Below are positions 10,474 through 21,177 of a stretch of DNA of 57,722 nt, piece after piece (position 1 is the first letter of the stretch; each line of letters starts with the position of its first letter). Under the pieces are notes generated by a model. It saw only the letters and a list, made by a program, of their open reading frames with translations. It searched no databases and had not been told where the DNA came from. The translations under genes were made by a program, and so were the position numbers. The stretch spans positions 1 to 57,722 of the IMG/VR virus record IMGVR_UViG_3300001336_000012. The stretch is one strand, 5' to 3'. Origin of the DNA: a virus. Lineage: Duplodnaviria > Caudoviricetes.

Positions 10474-12489
10474 ATGCGTAATACAGCTTTGCCCGTTCAA
10501 AAAGCAGACTTTTATGAGTTGCTTGATAATGTTAAAGATATATTTACAAAAGATGAATTAGAGCAGATACGCTTAGCATATGAACAAATGGCAGCAGCAG
10601 GCAAGCAAGAAGCAGAACTGCTTAGACCAATTATTCCAATTCGTAAATGGCTCAGCGATCCTTATTATGTAGGGCCTGATGTTGAAAACATATATCCATA
10701 TTGGAAAGAGCAGATTGCACAAATTTTTGAATCTGAAACAAGAATTAATCAGGTTATACTAACAGGTGCCATTGGTACAGGTAAGTCGACAACTGCTGTT
10801 CTTATTATAATGCGTGTTATTTATGAGCTATCATGTTACAAGCATATTTCAGCACTCTTTAATTTATTTGGGGTATCTCGTATTGCGTTTGCATATCTTT
10901 CTGTTACAAAAGAACAAGCACAGAATACAGGGTTTGCACTTTTAATTGAATGGCTTGACTCCATTCCTTACTTTAAAGAAAAGTTTAAAAGAAAATCTGG
11001 TATAGATTCAATGGCAATTTGGCCTGAAGAAAGACTCATTGTCACCTTTGGTTCTGTTGCTAACCATTTTATTGGTATGAACTTAATTGGATCAATACTT
11101 GATGAAGCAAACTTCTTTTCAGGTAGATCAAAAGAAGATTCAGATTATACCATGAATTCAAAAGTAGCAGGCCTTTATACACAGATCATAGCTCGTGCTG
11201 AATCTCGCTTTATTGTCAATGGTATTAATCATTCAATATCTATCCTCGTATCTTCTTCAACGGTAGCTTCTTCATTTACTGAAGAACGCATTGAAAAAGC
11301 AAAAGATGATCCACACACATACATACTATCACCGACCATTTGGGAAGTTAAGCCTTGGAACTATAAAGGTAAAAAGTTTCCTGTCTTTGTAGGTGGTGAT
11401 AACTTAGATCCATTTGTCTTAAAAGATTTAGAAGACTTTAATACAATTTTACAAATGAAAGGCAAAAAGCCTTTAATGGGTATTTCATTTGAAGATGCCT
11501 ATCAATTATTACCAGATGACACTAAACAAAAAATTATTATGGTGCCCGAAGAGCATAGGCAATCATTTCAAGGTGACATCATTATTGCACTGCAAGATAT
11601 TGCAGGCTATTCTGTCTCTGCTGCCAATAAACTATTTAGCTCTAATGCGGCATATCAAAGATGCCTAACAAATAACTTACACCCATTTAGTAGAGAAGAA
11701 CTAATAGTGTCTACTACAAATGAGCAAATGCAAGATGGCTTTTTACCAATTAAATCATATCTTTATAATGGCATACGATTTGATAAGCTTAATATGAAAC
11801 GTTACATGCACCTTGACTTAGCTTTAACAGGAGATAGCCTTGGCATATCGATGTGCTATATCAGTGGCTGGAAGTCTATCTATAAACAGGATTCAAATTA
11901 TTCAGATGAAGATTTTGATACAGGATTAATTGACAACGAAATCAAGATACCCATTATAGAGTATGATTTTATGTTAAAGGTAAATCCACCCAAAAAACCA
12001 AATAAGATAGCACTTTCAAAAGTTCGAGACTTTATTGTCTACCTTAGAAATGAAATGGGTATCAAATTTGATATTATTACAGCTGACCAATTCCAAAGCG
12101 CACAGTTGTTGCAGGAATTAGACGAGCTTGGCTTTAACACAGGGTATCTTTCTGTAGATAGAACGCCCGATGCCTATTTAGCCTTTACAAATCTTATTTA
12201 TGAAGAAAGAGTTAAGTTTTATGATTACAAGCCATTTAAAAAAGAATTGTTCAATGTTGTCTACTATCCTGCTAAAAAGAAAGTAGATCATACTTCGGTT
12301 GGATCAAAAGACGTTGCTGACTCCGTGGTAGGTGCAGCATTTAATGCAATTAAATCCGTAGACAAAACTGATGTAACAGAGCAATCATTGATCGATATAT
12401 TTGTTAGTTCTAATAAAAATGGCGGTAATCAAAAAGAAGCAATTGAAGATGCATTAAGTAATCTGTTGTCAATACTAAAAGAAGGGTAG
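10474..12489 (+). CDS. terL: Terminase large subunit
   Basis: Walker A GAIGTGKS, Walker B ILDEAN, nuclease motifs HLDLALTGD, ADQFQS, KDVADS. Confidence 0.92.
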   Translation: MRNTALPVQKADFYELLDNVKDIFTKDELEQIRLAYEQMAAAGKQEAELLRPIIPIRKWLSDPYYVGPDVENIYPYWKEQIAQIFESETRINQVILTGAIGTGKSTTAVLIIMRVIYELSCYKHISALFNLFGVSRIAFAYLSVTKEQAQNTGFALLIEWLDSIPYFKEKFKRKSGIDSMAIWPEERLIVTFGSVANHFIGMNLIGSILDEANFFSGRSKEDSDYTMNSKVAGLYTQIIARAESRFIVNGINHSISILVSSSTVASSFTEERIEKAKDDPHTYILSPTIWEVKPWNYKGKKFPVFVGGDNLDPFVLKDLEDFNTILQMKGKKPLMGISFEDAYQLLPDDTKQKIIMVPEEHRQSFQGDIIIALQDIAGYSVSAANKLFSSNAAYQRCLTNNLHPFSREELIVSTTNEQMQDGFLPIKSYLYNGIRFDKLNMKRYMHLDLALTGDSLGISMCYISGWKSIYKQDSNYSDEDFDTGLIDNEIKIPIIEYDFMLKVNPPKKPNKIALSKVRDFIVYLRNEMGIKFDIITADQFQSAQLLQELDELGFNTGYLSVDRTPDAYLAFTNLIYEERVKFYDYKPFKKELFNVVYYPAKKKVDHTSVGSKDVADSVVGAAFNAIKSVDKTDVTEQSLIDIFVSSNKNGGNQKEAIEDALSNLLSILKEG

Positions 12490-12526
12490 TCATAGATTAC
12501 TGCATTTCGCACTATATAACATGTAA
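12490..12526 (+). promoter_or_regulatory. Phage promoter TCATA-N15-CACTATA
   Basis: tcata 12490, cactata 12510; one of ~10 copies. Confidence 0.7.
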
Positions 12527-12550
12527 TTCTATATTTAGAGGAGGAATCTA

Positions 12551-13177
12551 GTGAAAACACACAAAGCAATATTGAAAAAAATAGAAGAGTGGGAAGGTAA
12601 CCCAATGCTTGTTGCTGGAATGTATCGGCTATTTGCATACTTACCATGGAGTTTAGTACCAGAAAAGTACAAAGAGTTTTTCCCAGAAGATGCAAAGGAA
12701 GCTTGGTTAAAAGATGATGGAACCTATACTGAGGAAGACTTAAAGCAAGACATAGAGTCTGAAATTGCCGCAATACTAAATACAATCGCAAAAAGAAATA
12801 TAACAAATGCGTTTGGTATTGTTCCTATGATGCTTGCCGATTTATTTATAATGAACAAAAGAATAGGATCCGTGCAGGGTAAACTATTTAAAGTTATTAA
12901 TAATTATAAAGAAAATGTGGTTTTAGATAGGCAATTAGCAGAACAATACGCAATGTTTGAAATATTTGATGTCCTAAAAGAAATTGTTAAAAAAGTAGGC
13001 ATTAAAAATACCATGCTATTTGATATTGATAAAGCGTTTGATCAAGTAGTAGAAGCATCTCAAAAAGTTAACCAAGATGTTTCTAATGTAACGATGACAC
13101 CAGAGATACATGAAAAAATTGAAGAAGCTCTTAAAAAAGAAAAAGAGGAAAACAAAAAAGATGAAGCCAACTTATAA
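12551..13177 (+). CDS. Hypothetical protein
   Basis: GTG start with GGAGG RBS. Confidence 0.7.
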   Translation: MKTHKAILKKIEEWEGNPMLVAGMYRLFAYLPWSLVPEKYKEFFPEDAKEAWLKDDGTYTEEDLKQDIESEIAAILNTIAKRNITNAFGIVPMMLADLFIMNKRIGSVQGKLFKVINNYKENVVLDRQLAEQYAMFEIFDVLKEIVKKVGIKNTMLFDIDKAFDQVVEASQKVNQDVSNVTMTPEIHEKIEEALKKEKEENKKDEANL

Positions 13178-13769
13178 AATATCGGCGTCTCTTTTAAATA
13201 GCTATTTTTATTACTTAAACAATCCATCAAACAAAAATTATGAAGGCTTTGTCAATCGACTTAAAAATGTATTTGAAACCAATTTCTTTTTAGAAAGAGG
13301 TAATCAATTTGAAGCAGATGTCTTTGAAGGTAAGCATGACATAATGTCTGAGCTCGTCAAAGACTTACCAAAACAAGTTTGGGCAAGCAAGACAATTGAA
13401 CGAGAAGATTATAATATTCGTATTGCCGGAATTATGGACGTCATTGATGAAGATAAAAAAAGAATATACGATATAAAAAGAGTGTCTAAGTTTACAAAAG
13501 ATAAATATGATAATTCTACACAGCATCTCATTTATTTTTATTTAAGACCAGAAATGACAGACTTTTATTACTTAGCAGGTGTTGGTCGCAATGAACTTGA
13601 AAGAAAAGAAGTTGCACATTATAAAAAACCAGATGACAAAAAAGTAGAGGAAACTGTATTGCATATTATTGATAACTTTTATAAATTTTTAAAAGATAAT
13701 AATCTTTGGTCAGTATATACTGAAAATCAGCAAGCAAAAATTAAAACTTCTCAGGAGGAAGGTAAATGA
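13161..13769 (+). CDS. PD-(D/E)XK exonuclease (Cas4/RecB-like fold)
   Basis: ISASLL..Y, ERGNQFE, GIMDVI...IYDIK, Q..IY motifs; start moved to MKPTYKIS. Confidence 0.7.
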   Translation: MKPTYKISASLLNSYFYYLNNPSNKNYEGFVNRLKNVFETNFFLERGNQFEADVFEGKHDIMSELVKDLPKQVWASKTIEREDYNIRIAGIMDVIDEDKKRIYDIKRVSKFTKDKYDNSTQHLIYFYLRPEMTDFYYLAGVGRNELERKEVAHYKKPDDKKVEETVLHIIDNFYKFLKDNNLWSVYTENQQAKIKTSQEEGK

Positions 13770-14926
13770 ATAATCAAGAAAAGTTAGAAACATTTATCAT
13801 AGAAAATGCGGATAGCTGTCGTCTTTTAGATGGTCGCATATCATGGAAACAATTAATTGCACTTATTGAAGAGCGGTTTCCAAATGAAAATACAAATAAA
13901 GAAAGAATTCGTAGTTTATATAGAAAACACTTTGATGAAAAGTATAAAGGGCATCAAAATATAAAAGAAACTAAAGAAACAATTAATAGGGAAAACTTAC
14001 CAATTGAAAAAGCAATTATTAAATTAATTAAAAAGAAATTTTCAGTTAATAGTTTAGCAAATGCTTTAGATGTTACAGAAGAAGAAGTATTGCAACTTGT
14101 CTTAGATCTGCAATTCCAAGGGCATGATATTGTGATGTGGACCGAAGATGGCATACGCTATATTCAAGGAAGCTTAAAAAATAGATATAAAGCAGAGCCT
14201 ACAGAGCATAGGTTAAATAAAAATGGTGAACAAATTAAAATTGCAGTTTTTAGTGATACGCATATTGGTCATAGACAATCTGCAAAAAAAGAAGTTCAAT
14301 ACTTTATTAATGAAGCATACAGACAAGGTGTTCGTGATATATTCTTTGCGGGTGACTTGGTTGAAGGACACTACATGGCAATTAGACCTACCTCAATTAA
14401 AGAGTTAGAAGCTATTGGTTTTGATGATCAAATTGATTTAGCTTCAGAAACTCTACCTGTGCTTGAAGGTCTTGCCTATCATATGATTAGTGGTAACCAT
14501 GATGGCACATTTGCAAGAAATGCATTTGCAAATCCTATTAAGACATTAGCAAGAGAAAGAAAAGACATTAATTATTTAGGGCATAACTTTGCTAAGATTT
14601 GGCTCAACGATCTTATTGATATTACATTGGTTCACCCAACCGATGGTGTTGGTCAGAATTACAGTCTTAAAATGAGACAGCATATTGATCGTGCTAGAAC
14701 TGAAAAGTTATCTAAGTTTATTTTTATGGGGCATTACCATAAGTTTGACCATACTTATTACAAAGGTATTAATGGTTTTATTATGCCATCGTTTGTCCAC
14801 TACTCACATTTTATGGATGATAAAAACCTTGCATCAATTGTTGGCGGCATTATATTGACAATTAATACAAATAGTAAAGGCCAGTTAGCTTCGTTTTTAC
14901 CAGAGTACTTCTTTTTTGAAGATTAA
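13766..14926 (+). CDS. Calcineurin-like metallophosphoesterase with N-terminal HTH-like region
   Basis: DTH, GDLVEG, GNHD, GHYH motifs. Confidence 0.85.
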   Translation: MNNQEKLETFIIENADSCRLLDGRISWKQLIALIEERFPNENTNKERIRSLYRKHFDEKYKGHQNIKETKETINRENLPIEKAIIKLIKKKFSVNSLANALDVTEEEVLQLVLDLQFQGHDIVMWTEDGIRYIQGSLKNRYKAEPTEHRLNKNGEQIKIAVFSDTHIGHRQSAKKEVQYFINEAYRQGVRDIFFAGDLVEGHYMAIRPTSIKELEAIGFDDQIDLASETLPVLEGLAYHMISGNHDGTFARNAFANPIKTLARERKDINYLGHNFAKIWLNDLIDITLVHPTDGVGQNYSLKMRQHIDRARTEKLSKFIFMGHYHKFDHTYYKGINGFIMPSFVHYSHFMDDKNLASIVGGIILTINTNSKGQLASFLPEYFFFED

Positions 14927-14959
14927 AAACATGCGAAACACATATTATATAGTGTAAGG
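14921..14959 (+). promoter_or_regulatory. Neck-gene promoter, copy 1
   Basis: gattaaaaacatgcgaaacacatattatatagtgtaagg, nearly identical to 50022-50059. Confidence 0.7.
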
Positions 14960-14983
14960 CATTATTGTAAAGGAGGCGTTTAA

Positions 14984-15679
14984 ATGGCCTTAATGACACG
15001 ACAAAACTTAATTCAAGCGGTAAAAGATGAACTTCAAGCAGGTGTTGTCAACCTTGAATTAAGTGATAACATCATAGAAAGAAACTTAGACCGTGCTTTA
15101 ATGTATTCAACAGATTATTTTAACTATACAGATTATGTTACGTTATCTGTAAATAAAACTACAGGATCCAGCGGGTGGGTTCCTTTAACGGACATTGATC
15201 CAAATGGTATACCAACGATTACACAAGTTTGGCCAACCGTAAACGTTATGAACATTGATGCCGCATTACTTGGGCTTGGTTCTATTTATGTTAACATGGG
15301 TATGGCACTTAACCCGCAGCTTATGGCATATTCAAGTATGTTAAATAAGTTAACACAGCTCGAAGGTATCTTAGGTCGTAATGCTCGTGTTGTTGGTGAT
15401 AAACTTTATTTAGATCATTACTGGACAGAGGTTACTATTGAGTACATTCCAGAAACCGTTACAGTTGAAAACATCAATGAAGGCTCTTGGATTCGTTTTT
15501 TAATAGAATATACAACTGCACTATCTAAAAGACAGCTTGCCCAATCTCGTGGCAAGTATGTGGTTGCATCAAACCCAGCAACAACAAATGCCGCAGAATT
15601 AATGTCACAAGCAAATGACCGTATGGCAGAGCTAGAAGAAGAACTAAAACAAAAAGGTGTCTTATTGGCACGACGATAA
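14984..15679 (+). CDS. Neck/head-tail adaptor (T4 gp13-like)
   Basis: VKDELQAGVVNLELSDNIIERNLDRAL and FLIEYTTALSKRQLAQSRGKY resemble gp13-family motifs. Confidence 0.75.
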   Translation: MALMTRQNLIQAVKDELQAGVVNLELSDNIIERNLDRALMYSTDYFNYTDYVTLSVNKTTGSSGWVPLTDIDPNGIPTITQVWPTVNVMNIDAALLGLGSIYVNMGMALNPQLMAYSSMLNKLTQLEGILGRNARVVGDKLYLDHYWTEVTIEYIPETVTVENINEGSWIRFLIEYTTALSKRQLAQSRGKYVVASNPATTNAAELMSQANDRMAELEEELKQKGVLLARR

Positions 15680-15689
15680 TATTAAGTAT

Positions 15690-15990
15690 GACGCATGCAT
15701 AATTAACTATAACCAGCTAATTCTGGTTAAATTAACTTAAATAAGCTAACATTATAAACCTCCTATTTTATATAAACTTTATTCAATGCGTTTAATGAAA
15801 GGACAATATTGCAGCAAAACCTTTCACCCTTCCTCCTATTGATAGCTAAGGATTAATGTATCTTTAGCTATCTCCCTTGGGGTCTTAAATGTTATAATAC
15901 GAGAGGTAGACGCTTATTTCCTAAGAGTCCAGTTATTCTTAAAGTAACGGCTACCAAATAATTTTATTGAAGCATCTACCTCCCTTATTA
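15690..15990 (+). ncRNA. Candidate structured sRNA with C-rich anti-SD-like motifs
   Basis: Four stems and four CCUCC/CUCCC motifs in a 330-nt gap; strand uncertain. Confidence 0.45.
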
Positions 15991-16012
15991 TAATAAACAA
16001 AGGAGAATTTAA

Positions 16013-16543
16013 ATGAATCAAGAAACAAAAGAATTCATTGAATTCTTAGATAAAAGCTATGGACAAAAAGAAGTTTATATGTGGTCAACATATATTTTAC
16101 CTAATGGTAACTTCTTAAACCCAGAAAATAATGAAGATGTAGATACAGATATGTTAGACTACGAGCATTCAGATTTTTTTGACTATTTGCCATTGGATCA
16201 ATTTATTACAATGGGTGAAGACAATTTAATGCAATATGCAATTAAAATGAATGTCACTTATCCGTATATTATATTACCAAAAAATAGAATTACTGCAGAA
16301 CAAACAAATGCAATAAAAAAGATAATTTATAATTCAGACCGATTTATTTATAATATAGAAGACATTGTAGAAAGAATTGCTAATTGGTCTAACGAAGCGA
16401 TTGATGATATTCCAAGCATGTTATATCAACCACTACTCGTAGAGCACGAAACTATGGGAAGCAAAATATTTGATTTAATGCAGTATTCAGCAAATGATAT
16501 TATAAAAGAAATAATAAGAGCATATTCAAGAGGTACTTTTTAA
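16013..16543 (+). CDS. Hypothetical protein
   Basis: AAGGAG RBS; YILPNGNFL...EH motif. Confidence 0.7.
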   Translation: MNQETKEFIEFLDKSYGQKEVYMWSTYILPNGNFLNPENNEDVDTDMLDYEHSDFFDYLPLDQFITMGEDNLMQYAIKMNVTYPYIILPKNRITAEQTNAIKKIIYNSDRFIYNIEDIVERIANWSNEAIDDIPSMLYQPLLVEHETMGSKIFDLMQYSANDIIKEIIRAYSRGTF

Positions 16544-16564
16544 ATAATTTAAAAGGAGTTAATT

Positions 16565-17173
16565 ATGGTTAAAAGCGAAGTTAAACAGTTATTAAATAAC
16601 AGACAAGCAAACTTTCAATTTGTTTTAAAGGGCGTAGGTGACTACGTAAGGTCACTTACAGTGTTTGCACCTACAGTTAATAAGATTATTAAGAAAGCTC
16701 AAACAAAGCAAAATTTGGCATCAATGGATCTATTTGTTTTCTTTTATGAAGAAATGAAAGATTTAGTAGAAGGCACTAAGTATTGCCCAAATAAATATAG
16801 TGCACAAATGCTTTTAAAAAGTGTTTGGGAACATGTGCAATTACAAACCTTCATAGTGCAACAAATTAGAAAAGGTTATGTCTTACTTGAAGAACCTGAA
16901 GATATTGAAGTTATTGAAGAAAAGCCAAAGAAAAAAACTAAAAAGAAAGAAACACCAGAAGAAAAAAAAGAAAGATTAAAAAGACAAGCTGAAGCAATGC
17001 GTATTGCAAAAGCTAAAAAATCGGGTAAAGATCCGGAAGTAACTAAGAAAGAAGAACCAGCAAAGCAACAAGCACCACAGCCAACACCACAGCCAACACC
17101 ACAGCCACAGCAAAAAGAATTAACACCAGAGCAGCTGGAACAATTACAGATGCTAAAAAATCTAAAAATATAG
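16565..17173 (+). CDS. Hypothetical protein with K/E- and P/Q-rich tail
   Basis: AAGGAG RBS; PQPT repeats. Confidence 0.7.
   Translation: MVKSEVKQLLNNRQANFQFVLKGVGDYVRSLTVFAPTVNKIIKKAQTKQNLASMDLFVFFYEEMKDLVEGTKYCPNKYSAQMLLKSVWEHVQLQTFIVQQIRKGYVLLEEPEDIEVIEEKPKKKTKKKETPEEKKERLKRQAEAMRIAKAKKSGKDPEVTKKEEPAKQQAPQPTPQPTPQPQQKELTPEQLEQLQMLKNLKI
17073..17108 (+). repeat. 12-bp coding tandem repeat (caccacagccaa) x3
   Basis: Encodes APQPTPQPTPQP. Confidence 0.8.
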
Positions 17174-17190
17174 AAAGAGGGTATAAACAA

Positions 17191-17661
17191 ATGGCCAGAT
17201 TTTTAAGACTTACAAAATTTTATTTATTAAGCTTTACCTGGGGTCTACCTTGGACATTAATTGGTTTAGTAATATTTGGAATTTCGTGGGTCTTTTTCCA
17301 TGAGGACATGGAAATAAGACTTATTGAAGGAAGAATATCAGTTAGATTTACAGAGCAAAGATTTGGTGGTGTCTCGTTAGGCATTGTCTATTTTGTCGAT
17401 AAAAGTAATAGTTACAGGTTACATACACATGAATTAGGACATACCATTCAAAGTATGTATTGGGGACCGCTGTTTATTTTTGTCATAGCAATTCCATCAT
17501 TTATTAGATACCATTACAGAAACTATCTTAGAAAAAAAGATATAAACAAATGGCGAAGCCTTCCACACTACGATGCCATCTGGTTTGAAGGTCAGGCAAC
17601 TGAATTTGGTATAAAATATTTTGGATCACAAGTAGAAGCATTTATTGCAAAAGGAAAATAA
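17191..17661 (+). CDS. Membrane protein with HExxH zinc-metallopeptidase motif
   Basis: Hydrophobic segments; HELGH and downstream WFE..A. Confidence 0.65.
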   Translation: MARFLRLTKFYLLSFTWGLPWTLIGLVIFGISWVFFHEDMEIRLIEGRISVRFTEQRFGGVSLGIVYFVDKSNSYRLHTHELGHTIQSMYWGPLFIFVIAIPSFIRYHYRNYLRKKDINKWRSLPHYDAIWFEGQATEFGIKYFGSQVEAFIAKGK

Positions 17662-17664
17662 CAA

Positions 17665-18834
17665 ATGTTAACTTCAAATGACTATACAAAAATAAGCCAG
17701 CTTATTGACCAAAATACAGGTAATCAAATTAACAGTAGCTTCCCTATAGTACATGAATTAATCGCTGATGGAAAAGCCAGTATTGATCAACTAATACAAA
17801 GTTCTGAAAGACAGATAGAAATTTCTAATGGTGTTATTGAAACAGAAGAATCGTATGAACAACAAACAAGAGATGGGTTAGTTGAAATTACACCACAAAA
17901 TGCTGAAGAGTATTTAGTACAAGGAATGTATTTATTGGCAGCGTCGCTTGCTTATAAAGTGTTGCTTGAAGAATCATTTTTAGATTCAATTTCGCCAGCT
18001 ACACTTAAAGATTCTGTCAGAAATTTAATTAAAAAGCTTTCCCTTGAAAATAAAAAGTTACTTGGTAAAGAAGATTATTTAGATCAAAACGAACCCGAAG
18101 TATCAGTTACAAATTTAATTTATAATTCAGAAAAAATGGTAGATGCTTTATATGATGAGCTTTCTAAAAATAAAAAAAGTTTAATTGATTATTTAAATAA
18201 AGAATATGAATTAGGTAAGTATATAACTAAATTTAAAAACGAAAAAAGTTTAAAAAGTTTTACATCTATTATACAAGATGAGTCACACATTTATTTTGTG
18301 CGCCATGTTATAGAAGAAATTGTAGAAATTGCTAATAAATACAAAAATATAGATGCGTATTTAAATGCACTTTTAATACATGATGTAGTTGCATATTATT
18401 CATATTATGAAAAAGATGAAAGCCCTATTGATACTTCAAACAATAATGAGGGTGCAATTATTTTACCAAACAAGAATGCGCTTTTATACGAAGTTCATAG
18501 AGGTGCATTTCATCAGAGCTACGTGCACAAAAAATTATTAATGGTTTCTTTATTGCTTGCTTCTAAAAATCAGCTTAAAAAAATAAGTGATGTTGGGTTT
18601 AGTATTAAACATGATTTAGTATACACAGTTTACACTAATTTTATTTCAAGTTTTTTTACTCAAGAAAAATTAAGCTTAACACAAATAGAGCAAATGCTAG
18701 CGGGAGCATACACAGAAACTAAAGACATAATAAAAGATTTTCTTTTAATTAAGCAAAAGCAAGAAGCAAAAGAAGAATTAAACCCAGGAAAAATATACAA
18801 TAATCCCGAAAATATTATTTTAAAAGGCTGGTAG
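17665..18834 (+). CDS. Hypothetical protein (possible virion protein)
   Basis: 389-aa ORF in a tight operon. Confidence 0.65.
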   Translation: MLTSNDYTKISQLIDQNTGNQINSSFPIVHELIADGKASIDQLIQSSERQIEISNGVIETEESYEQQTRDGLVEITPQNAEEYLVQGMYLLAASLAYKVLLEESFLDSISPATLKDSVRNLIKKLSLENKKLLGKEDYLDQNEPEVSVTNLIYNSEKMVDALYDELSKNKKSLIDYLNKEYELGKYITKFKNEKSLKSFTSIIQDESHIYFVRHVIEEIVEIANKYKNIDAYLNALLIHDVVAYYSYYEKDESPIDTSNNNEGAIILPNKNALLYEVHRGAFHQSYVHKKLLMVSLLLASKNQLKKISDVGFSIKHDLVYTVYTNFISSFFTQEKLSLTQIEQMLAGAYTETKDIIKDFLLIKQKQEAKEELNPGKIYNNPENIILKGW

Positions 18835-18838
18835 TATA

Positions 18839-19213
18839 ATGATAATTAATAAAAACAAATTAAACGAAGTTCATAAAATTTTAAGAAGCTTTAGCTATGT
18901 GCCTAAAAATTCGCTATTAGAAAGCAAAAAAGTTTCTTTACCAGATTATATTGTTGCCTATTTAGAGAATAAAGAAAATGGTAATATAAAGCTATCTCCC
19001 GTATACGAAACAAGCTATGCAAAGTACTATGTTGAATATTACAATAATAGTTTTATGTTTGTTAGAGAAATAAAAGACGAAGATAGAGAAACAAGGTTAG
19101 TTTTGTCCGTAGATGATCTACCACTTATTAAAGATATACAAAATATTACTTTAAAAGATGTTAAAGCCTTAGTTAAAAAAATAGAAAAAGAAGAAAAAAG
19201 ATTTGGTTTATAA
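18839..19213 (+). CDS. Hypothetical protein
   Basis: Tight operon packing. Confidence 0.65.
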   Translation: MIINKNKLNEVHKILRSFSYVPKNSLLESKKVSLPDYIVAYLENKENGNIKLSPVYETSYAKYYVEYYNNSFMFVREIKDEDRETRLVLSVDDLPLIKDIQNITLKDVKALVKKIEKEEKRFGL

Positions 19214-20616
19214 TGGCTAAAAATTTAACTACAATTAACGAGGCTCAATCAAAAGCCTACTTACAATCAATAGAAAAAATTAAAAGCGCTTTAATAAAAG
19301 ATATGGGGCTATCTAACGTTGAAGCAAGCTATGTTACTAATTTTTATACAGCTATTAAAGAAAGCAATTTATTTACGTCTAACTACTTTAAAGATTTTGA
19401 TGTTGAAGGCGAAAAATTTAATTTAAATGATATTCAAAAGTTTACAAAATACCCAGAGTCATTTTATGATGTTGTTATGCATGTTTTTCATAGCAAAGAT
19501 TTTTCAGAAGACTACGATATAAAATTTGATGGGGTGGATGTTCAACTTCATAAAAAAGAAAAAAAGCTTAAGAAAAAAAGTTTTTCAGAAGAAACGCCTT
19601 ATGATAAATTTAAAGTTGCAGAAGACGAAAATTATTATACATTTTTATTAACTAACTATAGCTTAGCAAAAGAAATGAGAACATTTTATCACACAATGTA
19701 TCCAAAAGATAAAGATATTACTGCCTTTGAAAAAATGTTCTATGCGGATTACTGCATTTGGAGCACCAAAGCAAAAAGCTATTTTAAAAATCAAAAGCAT
19801 AGTAATAGTGATGTTTGGTTAATGACATTTTTAAAACAAAACCCAGCAGAAATGCTAAGAAAACATTTTAATGTTGATTCGTTAAAAGGTAATAAAAAAA
19901 CAGAGGAATTTCTTTATAAGCCCGACAAAGGAGAATTTTATGATTTTAAAAATCAGCTTGGAGAATTATACTTAGCTAAAGCAGATGGATCAATTGGTTC
20001 TGGTGCTAACTACGCGTATCATAACTATTCTAATAGTCCAGCTTCTGGTGTTGAAGAAACCGCATTAAACATACCTATTTCGTACAGTTATGAAGAAGCT
20101 GCACAAAAAGCAGCAGAAATTATAAAAAATGAAGACGAAGGCGAATCAACTATAGTTATTGAAGACGGCGTTTTAGTATCTTATGATTCTAAAGCTAAAA
20201 TTGCTAATATTCCTAATGGCGTATCAACAATTGCAAAAGACGCGTTTAAAAATTTAAATAATCTAGTACAAGTGTCACTTCCTATTTCAGTTAAAAAAAT
20301 TGAGTCTGGTGCATTTTCTTCGCTGCCAAAATTGCAAATTGTAAAAGTGCATAATACATTAGAAGTTATTGAATCTGGTGCATTTGAAAACTGCAAAATT
20401 TATAATATGACAATGTTAGACGCACTTAAAGATAGTTTAACATGGCGTGATCTTAGATTTAATTCTGGTATGTTTTTTGCAATAGGCGTAATAGACAAAC
20501 AAAAAACTGGTATAACTATATTAAAGCCTTCTCAGCTTAGATATGCACCAAGAGATATGTTAAAAGCAATGAAAAAAATGCAGGCTATTGCAAGCGGTGA
20601 TAAAAATGAAAAATAA
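19213..20616 (+). CDS. Protein with C-terminal BspA-type leucine-rich repeats
   Basis: IPNGVSTIAKDAF, LPISVKKIESGAF, VHNTLEVIESGAFENC. Confidence 0.75.
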   Translation: MAKNLTTINEAQSKAYLQSIEKIKSALIKDMGLSNVEASYVTNFYTAIKESNLFTSNYFKDFDVEGEKFNLNDIQKFTKYPESFYDVVMHVFHSKDFSEDYDIKFDGVDVQLHKKEKKLKKKSFSEETPYDKFKVAEDENYYTFLLTNYSLAKEMRTFYHTMYPKDKDITAFEKMFYADYCIWSTKAKSYFKNQKHSNSDVWLMTFLKQNPAEMLRKHFNVDSLKGNKKTEEFLYKPDKGEFYDFKNQLGELYLAKADGSIGSGANYAYHNYSNSPASGVEETALNIPISYSYEEAAQKAAEIIKNEDEGESTIVIEDGVLVSYDSKAKIANIPNGVSTIAKDAFKNLNNLVQVSLPISVKKIESGAFSSLPKLQIVKVHNTLEVIESGAFENCKIYNMTMLDALKDSLTWRDLRFNSGMFFAIGVIDKQKTGITILKPSQLRYAPRDMLKAMKKMQAIASGDKNEK

Positions 20617-21172
20617 AAAAGAAAGCTTTCGCATAAAAAGAACAACCTATAACAGATTAGATGCCTATTCAATTGAAGGAAACGCTATAATAATTGACGG
20701 CGACAAAGAAGATGTTGAAAAAATAACATTATTTGAATTTCCCGAAGGCCCTGAAATTGTAAAAGGCAATTTTGAAAACTTTGAAAGCTTAGAAGCTATT
20801 ATTTTATCTTCTACCATTAAAACCATTTTAAATGCTAACTTGTTTAAAAATAGTTCAATTAATAGTATTGATATGAGCAAATCTAAAATAGAAAATATTG
20901 ACAGCGGTTTATTTACAGATATGCTTAATATTGAAGAAATAAAACTACCAGAAGCTGTAAAAAATATTGGTAGTGCATTTAATGGGTCTGGTATTGAAAG
21001 TATTTATATTCCGCATACCGTTGAATATGTTGTGCCAAAAGCATTTGACAATTGTCCATTCTTACAAACAATTTATACAGATGACAAACAAAAGCTAATA
21101 TATATGTTAGAAGAATCACTCATTGATAAACTAGATAGATTAAAAATAAAAATAATAGAAAAGGAGCATTAA
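20606..21172 (+). CDS. BspA-type leucine-rich repeat protein
   Basis: LPEAVKNIGSAF, IPHTVEYVVPKAFDNCPFL; start moved to ATG 20606. Confidence 0.75.
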   Translation: MKNKKESFRIKRTTYNRLDAYSIEGNAIIIDGDKEDVEKITLFEFPEGPEIVKGNFENFESLEAIILSSTIKTILNANLFKNSSINSIDMSKSKIENIDSGLFTDMLNIEEIKLPEAVKNIGSAFNGSGIESIYIPHTVEYVVPKAFDNCPFLQTIYTDDKQKLIYMLEESLIDKLDRLKIKIIEKEH

Positions 21173-21177
21173 ACAAT

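Noticed and set aside
19213-21172. Diversity-generating retroelement targeting the LRR genes
   Set aside because: No RT and no template/variable repeat pair seen in the window
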